In this document: piece after piece, positions 26,132 to 39,281 of the stretch
How the letters are laid out: every line of letters begins with the position of its first letter
How positions within the stretch are numbered: position 1 is the first letter of the stretch
Origin: Lytechinus pictus
Taxonomy: Eukaryota
Reading direction: 5' to 3'
DNA length: 64,000 bases
NCBI RefSeq assembly: GCF_037042905.1
Contig: NC_087251.1
Coordinates: forward strand, 26,724,001-26,788,000
Position numbers and translations under genes: made by a program
The notes under the pieces: model-generated
Seen by the model: only the letters and a program-made list of their open reading frames with translations
What the model was told of the DNA's origin: nothing
The model's database searches: none

Positions 26132-27258
26132 TTGCTAATACGGGAAATCTTTCAATTATTGCTTCTTCTGGATGATTTCATATTCCGAATAGGCTAGTAT
26201 GAATATTTACAGGATTACTATCTCAGAATATTGGGAAAACACAACTTGTAAGTTGTACATTAAGTCTTTTTCAATGGAGGCAGATATTCATTACTCAAAT
26301 TTTATGCATTGCGATATGTCTGTGGTGATTAGGATTTACGTGTTCCTGTAATGGATGCAAGATTCTGCCAAAAGCTTCTTTTTATTTTTGCAGCCTTTAC
26401 TGTCTGATTCACCGGGATTCAATGAAACATACCCGGCAAGCGGAGAAGAGCACATTATGCAGGCTGAGGTGGTTGCCCGGTTCAGCGGAATGGTCCATCG
26501 AGTTGAAGGTTTGCCAGCTGCCATGCCAGTGATTGGGCGGTTTGTCGATGGCGAAAACGGCCTATTTCAATGACCTGAGGACGAACGAGGTGCAGCAATG
26601 TAAGAAGAATGATATTAAGTAACACCCACGGCGTATATTTGACGGATCATCGCCCCTTCCCAAGCTCTGGCATATACCTTGGCGATACTATCGATATAAG
26701 GGGCTGTCCCTTAATTGTCAAAAGACCCTCATCGATTGGAAATGGTGGTTCGATACCATGCTGCAGCTCAGAAGGTTCAACAACTACACTTTGTTATGTT
26801 TCTATGCAACGATCTATAACTGAGTGAACTAAATCCATGGTTTGGGTAGATCTTTCAGCTACTGACGCCCTTTTAGACGGATATTTGCCACCTTTCGCAC
26901 ACCTCAGGAAAGGTCAGAGTTTTACGACCACGACGACGGGCCCTAAAGTCTTTTTCCAAAATCAACTTACGTCGCAAATTATCGTTCGCGTTCTCCAGCG
27001 GAAGGTCCGGATTATTATTGGACACGTCGGAACGACACAGTGGCAGTTAAGCTGAATATTGCTAGCCTTTTCCCCAAATTGGGTTGGAAAGCTAAGCGTA
27101 TCGTTTCCGGGACATCCTTGTATAGGCTCTTGGCCTTTATTATTTTTACCATTCGTAATATTTACGTTTATTATTGATTAGTTTTGTTTCTAATATCGAT
27201 GCCAAGGGTTGAACATTGAGCTATAGTTTTGTTTAAAAACCGTAGAATGAGATGCGAC

Positions 27259-27261
<3 letters not shown>

Positions 27262-27300
<39 letters not shown>
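27262..27300 (+). repeat. Pure poly(A) run, 39 nt
   Basis: Directly visible; lies inside the YR element between the RNase H-like and YR-like remnants. Confidence 0.95.
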
Positions 27301-27301
<1 letters not shown>

Positions 27302-27722
27302 GGTACTTCTAATTCCTTATGTTACAATGTAAAGTTACTTTTAAAGAGTTGAAATTGTCGTAATTAAGCATACGATACGCCTGCATGGTTAAGCCAATTA
27401 GCCTACGTACGTAATGTCCTTATGGACGTTATTATTTAATCAACGTTTAAGGGTTATTCTGGTTTAGTTGTTTTTCTTAATGCTACATGTGTCGTTATTT
27501 GATTGTTATATATTTTTATCATTTATTATAAAAACATACATAGATTAAATATACTTATTTTCTTTTCTTTCTCTCAATGCTAGTGAAGGAACTATGAATA
27601 ATTCTTCCCACTTTCATCATGATATTTTGTTGGATCTGTTTATTCAGTTATGCGAATTTTCTCTCGCACACATAATGAATGTTGTTTGTATCCAGCTAAG
27701 ATGTTAGTTGGTAGATCCTTAG

Positions 27723-27872
27723 GCTTGTCTTACTGCGTCTCAACCAGGTATTCGTCTTCAATACACGAAAGGTTTATTCCTTTCTTTCATTCTGTATATA
27801 TATGGTAGAAACATACTGAAGCCCATTTCATCTGGCTTGGGAAATAACGAGCTTCACGGGATTCGCAGACAA
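27723..27872 (+). pseudogene. Possible tyrosine recombinase C-terminal remnant
   Basis: Frame reads ...RNILKPISSGLGNNELHGIRRQ*; HGIRR (27855) resembles the H-x-x-R box (HSFRRG) and sits where DIRS-order elements encode YR, just before B1. Confidence 0.35.
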
Positions 27873-27928
27873 TAATACGTGAGTGACGAAGCGATATGCA
27901 CAGTGGCGGCGGGCATTGCCCGTGTGGC

Positions 27929-28634
27929 GGTAAATTGTACAATTTTTGAGCCCCTGTGCCTATCTTACGTAACTTTGGCCGGCTTCAGCATGTAAAGCTC
28001 AGTAGGAAGGTGTATTGTTTTCAATTATTTGAGATCGGATGTATTGGCCATTGCGTCTTAATTATGCCCATTTATTTCATGTTGTGCCCTTGATTGTTTC
28101 CTCGTCCATATAGGTTCACACCCTATCATGTGGAGAGGGATTTTGTTCGGGCAGTGTTTATTAATGTTGTGCCCTTTGAATGTTTCCTCGTCTGTAGAGG
28201 TGGGCACCCTATGCAGAGAGAGAATAATATTGTTGGCGTCATTATGCACCCCGGGTAGGGATATATATGTGCGGACGCGGGGCGGACGCTTTAGTAAATT
28301 GTGATTGAATTATCGGATAAAATATACCCGGGTCCTTCCAAGTAGTTATGCTGAAGCCGTCCTCTTTAAGTGGTATACCCATTTTATGAAGTTATAACAT
28401 TGAACTTGAATTGAATTGAATTGAATTGAACTTAGGATGGAGATCTACAGATTTAAGAATCGTAATATTATGTATTCAAATTATGTTAGTATAAAATCAT
28501 CCTACAACCAAGTTATTCATGTCGTAATCGTCAAGATTATGAAGCCTATTCACATAATGTATTATGTATGAGATTAAAACCACAACCAATGGCACACCTT
28601 AGTTTCTTGTGCTTGTGTGAATTGTGAGTGTAAT
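27929..28634 (+). repeat. Split direct repeat B1 (706 bp)
   Basis: Matches 29507-30212 at a constant offset of 1578 (identical translated ORFs); contains (TTGAA)n. Confidence 0.95.
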
Positions 28635-28981
28635 AAATTTTAGCGGTGTTTAATCGCTCAAATGATTTACAGTCGCAATTTGCACAATTCGTCGCGCGGT
28701 AGTTGCGCGGAGCGGCAGTTCTTATTGCGGCTGTGGTACTTGCGGTCACCTAGATCAAACGAAACCGCTCACATGGCGGCGCTCCATATAAAGTGGCCGC
28801 CTGTTTGTACTGCCGCGATGTTTACAAAACAGAATTCCTCGGGAAGTTACCGCGCATCAGAGGCGTGGGAAAGAAGCCTTTACTTGCATTCAGCATGAGT
28901 ATACCGAGAGAATATAATCATTTTGAGTTGTGGTTTCGTTGAGAACACTTGTTATGTGTGAATCATCCCAATTTTAATTCC
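28632..28981 (+). repeat. Split direct repeat A2 (350 bp)
   Basis: Copy of 23905-24254; overlaps B1 by AAT and begins AATAAA. Confidence 0.95.
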
Positions 28982-29506
28982 CTCCTCCTCCCCTCTTAGA
29001 CCACCTGTCATATGTTATCATAATTAAATTACATAATCACGGGTCCGGTAGTGAATTGGCGGAAAATTGATATTGTCTGTAGATTTATTTTTAGTCTTAA
29101 GGGCGCTACGCCCTCAAATTGAGTACCCATGGAGAACATTCAAATAAGCTATCATGCCTGTGCAATTTGCTGGTGCCTCAGACTGTGTTAGTATTGTTTA
29201 GTTGTCGAAGCTTTGCTTGGCAGTAAGGGGCTTTTCTCCTCCTTCGACCATGGAGGTTTTCACCCTTACCTGAGGTTCGCAGCACTTTGCACTCGAGCAG
29301 GGGGTGCATTTATATTGCCCCTGCCCGGTCATTTAGGGTACGTGTTCAAGTTCAAGGGGACCATCGATCCCACGGATATAGTTATATCATGTAAACTTAT
29401 ACACTTAATGTAAACTTATATATATATTGCTAGAATGATTTCAGCAGTTGGTTTATGATGTTGGTATGTCTGTTCTATCTGAACATACATTGCACATCTT
29501 TCGTTA

Positions 29507-30212
29507 GGTAAATTGTACAATTTTTGAGCCCCTGTGCCTATCTTACGTAACTTTGGCCGGCTTCAGCATGTAAAGCTCAGTAGGAAGGTGTATTGTTTTC
29601 AATTATTTGAGATCGGATGTATTGGCCATTGCGTCTTAATTATGCCCATTTATTTCATGTTGTGCCCTTGATTGTTTCCTCGTCCATATAGGTTCACACC
29701 CTATCATGTGGAGAGGGATTTTGTTCGGGCAGTGTTTATTAATGTTGTGCCCTTTGAATGTTTCCTCGTCTGTAGAGGTGGGCACCCTATGCAGAGAGAG
29801 AATAATATTGTTGGCGTCATTATGCACCCCGGGTAGGGATATATATGTGCGGACGCGGGGCGGACGCTTTAGTAAATTGTGATTGAATTATCGGATAAAA
29901 TATACCCGGGTCCTTCCAAGTAGTTATGCTGAAGCCGTCCTCTTTAAGTGGTATACCCATTTTATGAAGTTATAACATTGAACTTGAATTGAATTGAATT
30001 GAATTGAACTTAGGATGGAGATCTACAGATTTAAGAATCGTAATATTATGTATTCAAATTATGTTAGTATAAAATCATCCTACAACCAAGTTATTCATGT
30101 CGTAATCGTCAAGATTATGAAGCCTATTCACATAATGTATTATGTATGAGATTAAAACCACAACCAATGGCACACCTTAGTTTCTTGTGCTTGTGTGAAT
30201 TGTGAGTGTAAT
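29507..30212 (+). repeat. Split direct repeat B2 (706 bp)
   Basis: Copy of 27929-28634; ends in AAT at the element boundary. Confidence 0.95.
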
Positions 30213-31730
30213 GTCAAACATGTTTACGGTTTGGGATCGGTCGTAATCCCACCCTAATCCACATTGATTCGAGATTGTAGATTTCAGTTGAAAGGATTCA
30301 CTTAATATTCATGATGTATTGCTAGTGTATCTTATCATTTCTATAGTTTCCCCGGGAATTTTAGCATGATTTAATTCAACTGAAATCTTACAGCGTTGAT
30401 TCGTATCATTTCACAGAGAAGTAATGCTCTTCTAATAATCAACAGGCAAACGCAGTCGATTCCTTCATCCCTACACAAAAGGGATGTTTTCCATACACTA
30501 GAAAAACCCTTTTGATCACTATCGCAGACAACGCAATGCAAATATTGCTTTAAAGGCCAAGGGCACGATGCAATATGAAAAATATATATTTCTATTCTAT
30601 TAATTATGCATGCGGTTTTGGTATGAGATTTTACTGTATTGTATTGTGCCCAGTTTTATTCTAGAGATTAAAAGGCAGTAGGCCCAATGCCAAACATGAC
30701 ACGCATTCAATGCGGGTTGCTCATTATTTTTCTTCTGCGCTCACGATACTATACTTAAAGGTCTCTACTATATTCTTAACTCCCCAGTGATTTATAAATA
30801 ATGCTATCCACCATTATGTTTTTATATGTCTTTATGTAAATAACATCAGAAATCTGGACAAAAAATCACTATAGAGAAATTCCAAGCTCCTATAATCATG
30901 CGAAAGAAAATGTCTAAACTGTCTAAACACTGTTTAGAAGTACAGAAACTATGAGCAATAATACCCCTAACAAATCTCTAGCTAAAACCACGCAACGACT
31001 CCAATCCATGGCAACGGTGACATATTCCACGGCTTTTTTTATTTCACACCCAACATAATGGCGCCTCGCCGAGTGTTCTTTGACTAAAATCAATATCTAT
31101 TCCTTTGTATATCCATGGTTATCACAGCTGAATGTGACCTTCATTAAAGTACAAAGAACCATGGAATGGGAGAGACAAATTTCTCGCAATCATAATCATA
31201 TTTTACCATCGTTTTAGCGGACAGGTGTGCCCAGGGTTGAGCAAATAAATATGGATATATTTTTTCTGCACACTATTCAAGGACAGTACAATATACTAGT
31301 ATCTTTCCTATACCCTTAAAAAATGTCTAAACAATTGAACACGAATAACGCTATTTTTTAATGTGCCATTGAGTCCTTTCAAAACGTTTACATCCCCAAA
31401 GTCTCTACATTCCCTCTCACATTCATTTAGGATATTTTGATATTAAAATATTCACTCTTTAGTTCGGTATTTCATGGTAATTCACTCTGCTTTTGTTTTA
31501 CTACGTTACAACAAATAAACCATTAATCATATCACTTTATCGATACAATTGAGAACTTGGATATCCAAATTTAAGCTAATATCAAAGTCTGAACATGAAT
31601 GGAGCTGCAATATTTAGATTGGCATCATTGTTAAGCCCTTTTCTACAAAAATTACTTTAAAAGGGAAGAATTTTAAAGTCCAAGGGCGATTCAAATCCGG
31701 ACGCTCGAGTCTTTGATGCACTCATTACCG

Positions 31731-31795
31731 TCATCATCATCATCATCATCGTCATCATCATCATCATCATTATCGGCATCATCATTCATCCATCA
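31731..31795. repeat. (ATC)n microsatellite
   Basis: Imperfect TCATCATCA run. Confidence 0.9.
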
Positions 31796-33523
31796 ATATG
31801 CTTGCGTGTTATCATCCTCCATGCTTCGTTGACGCTACATATTAAACGATGACGGTCGTATCTCCCTCGATTAGGAGATTGATCAAGAAACGTGTACAAA
31901 CTGGATGACGACTGACCTGCAGGCTGCCTCATAAAATACATTCACGAAAATACGATAGTAAGGCAACACGCGTGGATTATGTGCGTATAGAAGCACACGT
32001 TTATAAAAGTAATACATTTATAAAATTGTAATTAATGTCATTAAACAAAAGGATGTATATTACTGAAGATTTTGATTTTACTTGAGGCCATAAAATCATT
32101 GAAGATATACAGAAAATTAAATCAGGAAAAAAAAGTCACCATTATCAATAATGATGACCTTTTAAACAAAAACTTAATATCAATATACAGGGGTAGTTTT
32201 CTTTTCAACTTATATTATATTTCAACTTTATATTATGCTATATTGAATTAGTTCAATATGTTGTTTGCTATAGCGGGAAAATTGTTGAGGTCATACTTCT
32301 CATAATATGCAGTTCGAATCCACCTGTCCTTAACCATGAGGTAAATATCCACAAAACAAATCGAAGACCTGCTTCGATTTTTCTCAGGTCACTGGCATGA
32401 CGATGTAACTCGGCCTGTATGCATATCAAGACTACGAATGGACAATATACCTTTTTCTTACAAGCTATGAACAAGGGATGGCTGTTTACAAGGGCAATGT
32501 CTCTATAGCATATGTGGAGTGTGCGTGAAATTTTGTACATGTGTTTTTTTTTTAGAGAGAGTGTGTGTGTGAACGAGAGAGGAACATTCAGAAAAGAAAT
32601 GGAGAAAAGGCAAATACCGATATATACACGAAGGTCTGATTCGAAACGTTTAAACGCCGTTCAAACTCATAAACATTACCTATTTGACAACCGTTTAACC
32701 GTATATATCAAGTGCCTAGAGGGGAAAAACCCTTCCCAAAAAAATATAAAATTTCACATTTTACATCTCTATACTAATGAAATGGCTATTTATTTTCCAT
32801 ATTTTTTTCAATCGTTTTGATTCAGTTGGAAACTACCGAAAAAATCTAAGAATATCTACCTTTCTTGACTCTGAAAATCGTTTGATGATGTTTCACTCGG
32901 TAACAGCACTACCTAGAATTAGAGAAGAAAATATCCTACTTGAAAGATAAACAGGTTGCCAGGATGGGTGTGTGAGGGAGTGCGTGTGTGGGTGTGTTGT
33001 TTGAAAGTTCGAGAGTGAAAGGAACGGCTTAGGCGGAAACCTAACAGGGCAGATTCCTTAAGAGAAAACAAAATGATATAAATCATACACCCGACAGTAT
33101 CCGAACACCGCCCTTGGCTTTACATAAATTATTCCATAAAATCCATGTCGGTATTATCATCTGTATAATCGTGAGTGACGTCATCATTTAGCCAAGACGA
33201 CTCGTTCATTCCATCCCATATTCTACATCAACAAAGCACATCCATGCCTTTCCCCATTTTTTTTTACATTGAATAGATTCATCCTAATAAATCTTTGCTA
33301 CATGAATATTCTCATTGAGAAATTTGGGGTCATTATCTATCAGGCCGCGTTTTCTTTATTACCCCCATTCAAGCGTGAATCATCGCTGTATATTAAACGT
33401 AAAATGAGAGATGTCCCGAAAAAGGGAAAGAAAAAAAACATGTTCCTCGTAAAAAAAATCTTTGTTGTTATTGTTGTTGTTGTATTTTCAAACTGGAGAA
33501 GGCTACCATTCAGACATACAAAT

Positions 33524-33853
33524 CACTAGCGTACCTACGGGGGGGGGGGGGCAGAGGGGGCAGTCTGCCCCCCCCCTGACGAGCCACAACCCATGCAAAG
33601 GACGTATCCTTGCCCCCCCCCCCCCCGACGAGCTTGAAAGACCTTTTTTGCCCCCCTGACGAGCTTGAAGACCTTTATTGCCCCCCTGACGAGCTTGAAG
33701 CTCTTTTTTTTTTTTTTTTTTTTTTTTTGCTTGTCAATTTTTTTTTCTGGTACGAAATCCTTCATTTGTGATTGAAGACCTTTTTTTTTTGCTTGTCAAA
33801 TTTTTTGGCGGACGGTTTTGCCCCCCCTGTGGAAAATCCTAGGTACGCCACTG
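33524..33853. mobile_element. hAT-superfamily MITE (330 bp) with perfect 8-bp TSD
   Basis: TIRs CACTAGCGTACCTA / TAGGTACGCCACTG; ATACAAAT at 33516-33523 and 33854-33861; internal CCCCCTGACGAGCTTGAAG repeats. Confidence 0.9.
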
Positions 33854-36800
33854 ATACAAATCATTACGAATGGAATGGTGGACCGTAAACTAAAATTTAA
33901 AAAATAAATACTTTGAAAAATCATTTCATTTAGAGAGGGTAATTTCCTTGTTGTAATTTGTAAATAAAGAGCCACTACCATTTCGATTCACCTGCAGATT
34001 CTCTGATTACCTTTATGCAAATGTTTCTTTTAGCAAAAAGGACCACTTTCCATTTTCATTGAGGGATTTGTTTTGAGAGTCTTCCTTCACAAAGATACAT
34101 CCGTGAGCAAATATGCTGAGAAACTTAACCTCGATTGGGAAACCGTACAGGAGTAAAGTATAGACGGGACTAAACAAATAACAGTAGTATTTGGCCGTGG
34201 ATGTCATGTGGACTCAGGTATTATTTGTGTTGACTTGAAGGGATTTGTAAACAGCATTCTACAAAAGCATCGAATTGGAAATCATGTCCTGAGCCAAGAA
34301 GTCGTATGAGGATCATTACTTTAGTGGCTCGAAACCCACTAATTACTTTTTTTATACAGACTGTACCCACTCAAAATGAATTGACTCAGTGTGGTTTGGA
34401 GTGGATTGAATTTCATCAATTTAATTCATCTAGCAACGATGTTATAGTTTACAAATTTACAAATGATTACATCACAATCGTAAAATATGTAAACTTTATC
34501 ACAAAAAAGGCATTCGCTTTAAAAATATCAGATTATTTAAAAAAGTATTAAGTACAGAAATTTCTAAATCAAGAGTGGTGGAACCTTAACCAAGAAAAGC
34601 ATAAACTTTTAAAGTAAGCATTATCCGCTTCTTGTTTGATCTTGTTCCTTTTCTCCGACGCATTTCATATATTTTCCACTTACAGCAACCTTGCCAATTT
34701 AGCAATGGCATAGGAATATCATTCAAAGATATCGTTCATTACATATGTATTAATGTCTAAATCATGAGACTATTGTAATTACGTAGGCCTACTCGTCAGA
34801 CAAAACGATATGATGAATCGATATGATCTGTATCTTCCTAGCTCGTTCTCATCATACAATGCATGAATCCTATATAATTATGTACATGGCTCTTCTCGGT
34901 ACGAAAGATAGAATGAGATATAATTTCGAAGTCAAAGTAAATTCAAGGCCTGCATGGTCATGTAAAGGAGACTCTCGATAAAATGCTCCCTCATCAATTC
35001 CTCATTTCCATGGGAACATAAAGCTGATAAAAAATTAATATTGAATTATCATACATATAAACGCGGTTCAGTACACTCTTTCTCTCGTGGGAATATAATT
35101 TCTCATCAACAAAAATGCAATAACAGCAAAACAAAATAAACATGTACTCGTTAGTATCTCAATGCGCTTCACCAATATAATGGTAAGATTGATCAGTAAC
35201 TTGATGCTTAGAAACTAAATAAAGTTTTCACAAAATTTCCAAATATATTGATTTTTGCTACTGCCTTTAAGTGGTATATCACATTTCAATCCATTGAAAT
35301 ATAACTTGATATATATCGTTCGAGTTATGATGTCACCCATGTCATCACATGCAAACATTAATGTGATGATAAATGTACCCAATGGATAGATTGATATGCT
35401 CGTATCATCAGATCATGTCAAAGTCGCTAAAACCATTAAGAATCCCAAACGAATGAGGTATTCCAAGAATGCCAATAAATTCCAAATATTTTCCCCAGCA
35501 TCAATGCACTTGACATTGTGGTTGAAAAAATGGGGATCAAATTACAAAATACAGAGGTAGTGAAAATAACTTGGGCGAGACGAGAATAACAACCAATTCT
35601 ATAAATCGTATATTTTTACAGTCACCTGTTAAACCGTGTATTGAGTGTATAAACTGTAGAACACCCCTGTGCAATTACATCCAGACCTTATTAGAATTTC
35701 TGATAAGCTTTTTATACTGCCGCACTTCATGATCTGTGTCAAGACGGTATGTGAAAACATTTTTTGAACGTTTTGATAGTTCATTTTACTGAAATTCTTT
35801 ATTATTACCTTAGAAGAAATTGATAAACGCACATGGGTACGATCCAGAATTCGTAATGATTAGTTTAAGAATTGTTATATCTCCGTATAGATGAGCTTAT
35901 ATAAACAAGATGCTTGATGGTTATGTGTATCGTTCAAATACAAACAACAATTCTGACACTCATTTTTATTGCATTTCAACATGGTTTGTAACAACCTTAA
36001 TATCTTACTCTTATATATAATGGTATCAAAGTCGAGAAACTTCATTTTCGTCACCGAGGAAATACAAATAATTAATGGCGATATACAAACTTGCCAACAA
36101 TTGAGAAAAGAAAATTTACATACAAAAATTGAAGAAAAAAAATGAACTGAAAATGTGAAACGAAAAAAATGAAGCTCGAGCAGAATGTAATGAAAAATGG
36201 TTATAAGTTGTATCAACGACTGATGCATGTCGTGAATGGGAGCAAAGAGATGCACACACACACCACACAACACACCTCACAGGCTCACACATATTGAAAT
36301 TTAATCTTCACATTATACAATAATCACAGTTAATGCATATCCATGAATATATCACACATATGCATTCAAATTGCTGAGCTCCCCAAGAGTGCGTTTCAAA
36401 GTAATCACAAATGGCGTCCCTGGCATTTTCGTGGCATCAAATAAAAATGTTCAACGAGATGCGAGAGAGATGGATAAAAGTGCGTAAGTTGTGTGTGTGA
36501 GTGTGTGTGGGATGATGGCGCCGATAACATGGTATGCCCGCCAAAAATGAATGCGCCTCGCAAACAAGAACTAATGTTATTTTTCAACACAGAGTTCCGT
36601 TTAAGCTAATCTGGCCTACCTTAAAATGATCCTCAAGCATGAGTTATCCGTTAGATTATCACTTGGAAATTACACTCCTCTTCTCATCCAATTCAGAGCA
36701 TTTCCAGAGGTAAAATGTCAGCAACCTGCTGTATGTGCGGAGAACGCCACATCAGCATGTGTTGAAAGATAGCGTTATCAAGCGAAATTGGTGAAACGAT

Positions 36801-39245
36801 CAATACATGGTCCGCGCGGCCGCTCCGTTCGCTTTTGTTCGTTTATCGAAACATGAATAGATAGATCCAAGGAAATGCTTCGTAATCGATACAGGGGCAT
36901 TGATAATAGGCCAGAGTCAGTCCCTTGTTCAATATCGCATCCCTATATTTCCATACGTACAGTCGAGACCATCCAAAGCGACCTGGCGCGCCATGAGTGG
37001 AAGGTACGTCAAGGGATAGTATTTAGTCATCCAACCGTAACAGATGAACACGGACCCTTCCCAGAAATATCATCAATGTGATATAATTCCGATATAGGTT
37101 ATTGGTATGTCCAACGATTTCTTCAGATGTACTCATTTTGTAGAGCTATTGATTTCAAGCGCACCATGATGGAGAAAGACATTCTAAGTAAAGAAATAAG
37201 ATTAAGGTCAAAGACTCAGAAAGGAGATACCGACCAATAAAAGATGTTGTTCATATTAATATGATAATTATAATATTCCATGTAGGCTTAAAGGCGAGTT
37301 CCATAAGGAAAACGATTCACTGACTTAATGGCACTCTAAGGTTTTAACTTCCTGTTTTTCCGAGTTCTGGCAGCTCAGATGCTTACTCTATCATCCTTGG
37401 AATGAGTATACATATTGACCTAAATTTCCACTCCAACTGAAAAATTTCACCGCGAATCCCCAAGCAAGGGTCTTCTGAGAGAATGGGAGAAATCAGGGAG
37501 AAAATTGATATTTGTGTGCTTTTGTAGATGGCGTCTTTATCGATGGATGCGGCGTTGGACTCGAAAATGAGGCTTACAGGAGGAAAAAAAAGATGACCTG
37601 CTTTATTGATACACCATGCATCTAGTTATATGCATGGCGGAAAGATGAAGATGATGATTATTATCAAACATGTTAGTCATGCTCGCGTGAAGAGAGATGA
37701 ATGCACGCCATAATGAATGAGACGGGTCTCGTGTTCTTGTTGATTAGAATACGAACGAATTATTCGATATTGAAATACACAGGAGAGGATCATAATTCCT
37801 GATAACGTGTGCCGCATGTTCAAATTAAATATCAGTTATTCCGAGGCCGAAATGTATACACTTTAATACCCCAAATCAAACCTATTTGATATTATCCCCT
37901 GTATGAAGTAGTGTTTTTCCATTTTTTTAAATCTTGAACTTCAGTTTGAATATATTAAATTTCATTTTTCGGCACTCAAGCTTAATATATCGAAGAATAT
38001 AAACGTATCGACAAATACTGAAAATTTGAATTCAGGGATCAATCACTTAAATCGCCATGAATATATCAATGAAAAAAAAACATTGATCGTTATCAAAAGC
38101 ACTAAAAACTGCCAATTATAATCGGCTTTAAATAAAATGATGCATGATAACAGCCTAGAGGAATGCACATTATATTACAGGCGCTAATGTTGTTTGCATT
38201 TCATAACACCGGCCACGATGGTTGTGATTATAAAAAGCATCTTGTTCATAATAACGACATTCATTTGCGTTGTATTGTTTGATACCATTCTGGTTTGTTG
38301 AACAGCTATGAAATATCATATTCTTGCATGTATTATAAATAATCAGTTTCTCCCAAATATTTTCCAATACCATGAATACCTTATCCACTCAAATTACGCG
38401 CCGACACCCTCGCTTTATATTTCTCTTCTTCTGCCTCAAACCTAACGTGCCATGTTAATCAAATATCGATCCCATTTTCTGATGGTCTTCCCCATAGCTT
38501 CAATACATCAATAATTGTTGCAGCTATATACCACGTGACGAGTCCCAAGGCGGATTTCTGAAAACAAGAACCCATTTTCGCCACGAACCAGTGCACTGAA
38601 TTGTTTAATATGTATAAAATGCATTGACTTAACTCAAGCTGTATGAAATAAAATAATATACAATATTTGCAGGATATGAAACGATGTAGGTTCTCCCTTC
38701 ACAGTACATGCATATGGGACCGATACATAAATTTATCCAATCAATTCCATTTATTTGGCTTCTTCATTAGTCAAAAAGTTCTATCCTTAAGCACATTTCG
38801 AATGTATCACTCTCTCAGTGTCTCTAATTAACCAAACAAATTATATTTTGCATGGATTTATCTACCTTTAAACAAAAGATCAATGAATCTGTAGGCCTAT
38901 ATTGAAAGCGCTAGAGAGAACGATCCCATCGTCAAGCAACATAAACAGGCCCCAATACATTTCGTAATATTTCAGTCATTAGTTGTTGCTCCGTTGATGT
39001 ATATGGAGGTTTATGGCGTGTTCGAAGAGAAATTGAATAACTGTTGCACAAAATACAATGCATATAGCTTTCATCGATTTGTTGATGAAAGCATATGGCG
39101 TGCTCAAAGAGAAATTGAACAATTTCATCACAAAAGAAAATTAACTCAGAAGGAACGTCAAGGAGGAAATTAAATAAAGAAGAGAATAGGAGCGCCAAAC
39201 GGAAGAGAGTAAGATAGAGAGATATATAGACAAAGATAGATATAC

Positions 39246-39281
<36 letters not shown>

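Larger units (their letters stand above)
24690..26890 (+). pseudogene. Decayed DIRS-type RT/RNase H, interrupted by the HINE insertion
   Basis: KKSG..NLI (24758), TD......VP..IH.....LG (24923-24985, same frame), SMVLSWIY (25003), LDDFIF (26168), DWKWW (26734), TDALLDGY (26861). These follow the order of DIRS motifs PKK.G..RLI, TD...AFR.IP...LG, PMGLS, YLDDF, DL.WW and TDAS..G, with many stops and frameshifts. Confidence 0.6.
23905..30212 (+). mobile_element. Tyrosine-recombinase (DIRS order, PAT/Ngaro-type) retrotransposon with split direct repeats; non-autonomous
   Basis: Repeats arranged A1...B1A2..B2; AAT at the left end, right end and B/A overlap; decayed RT, RNase H and YR-like motifs in the expected order; no TG...CA LTRs. 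Confidence 0.8.

Noticed and set aside
23905..28981. Conventional LTR retrotransposon using A1/A2 as LTRs
   Set aside because: No TG...CA ends, no 4-6-bp TSD, and it leaves the B repeats unexplained; the split-repeat model explains all four.
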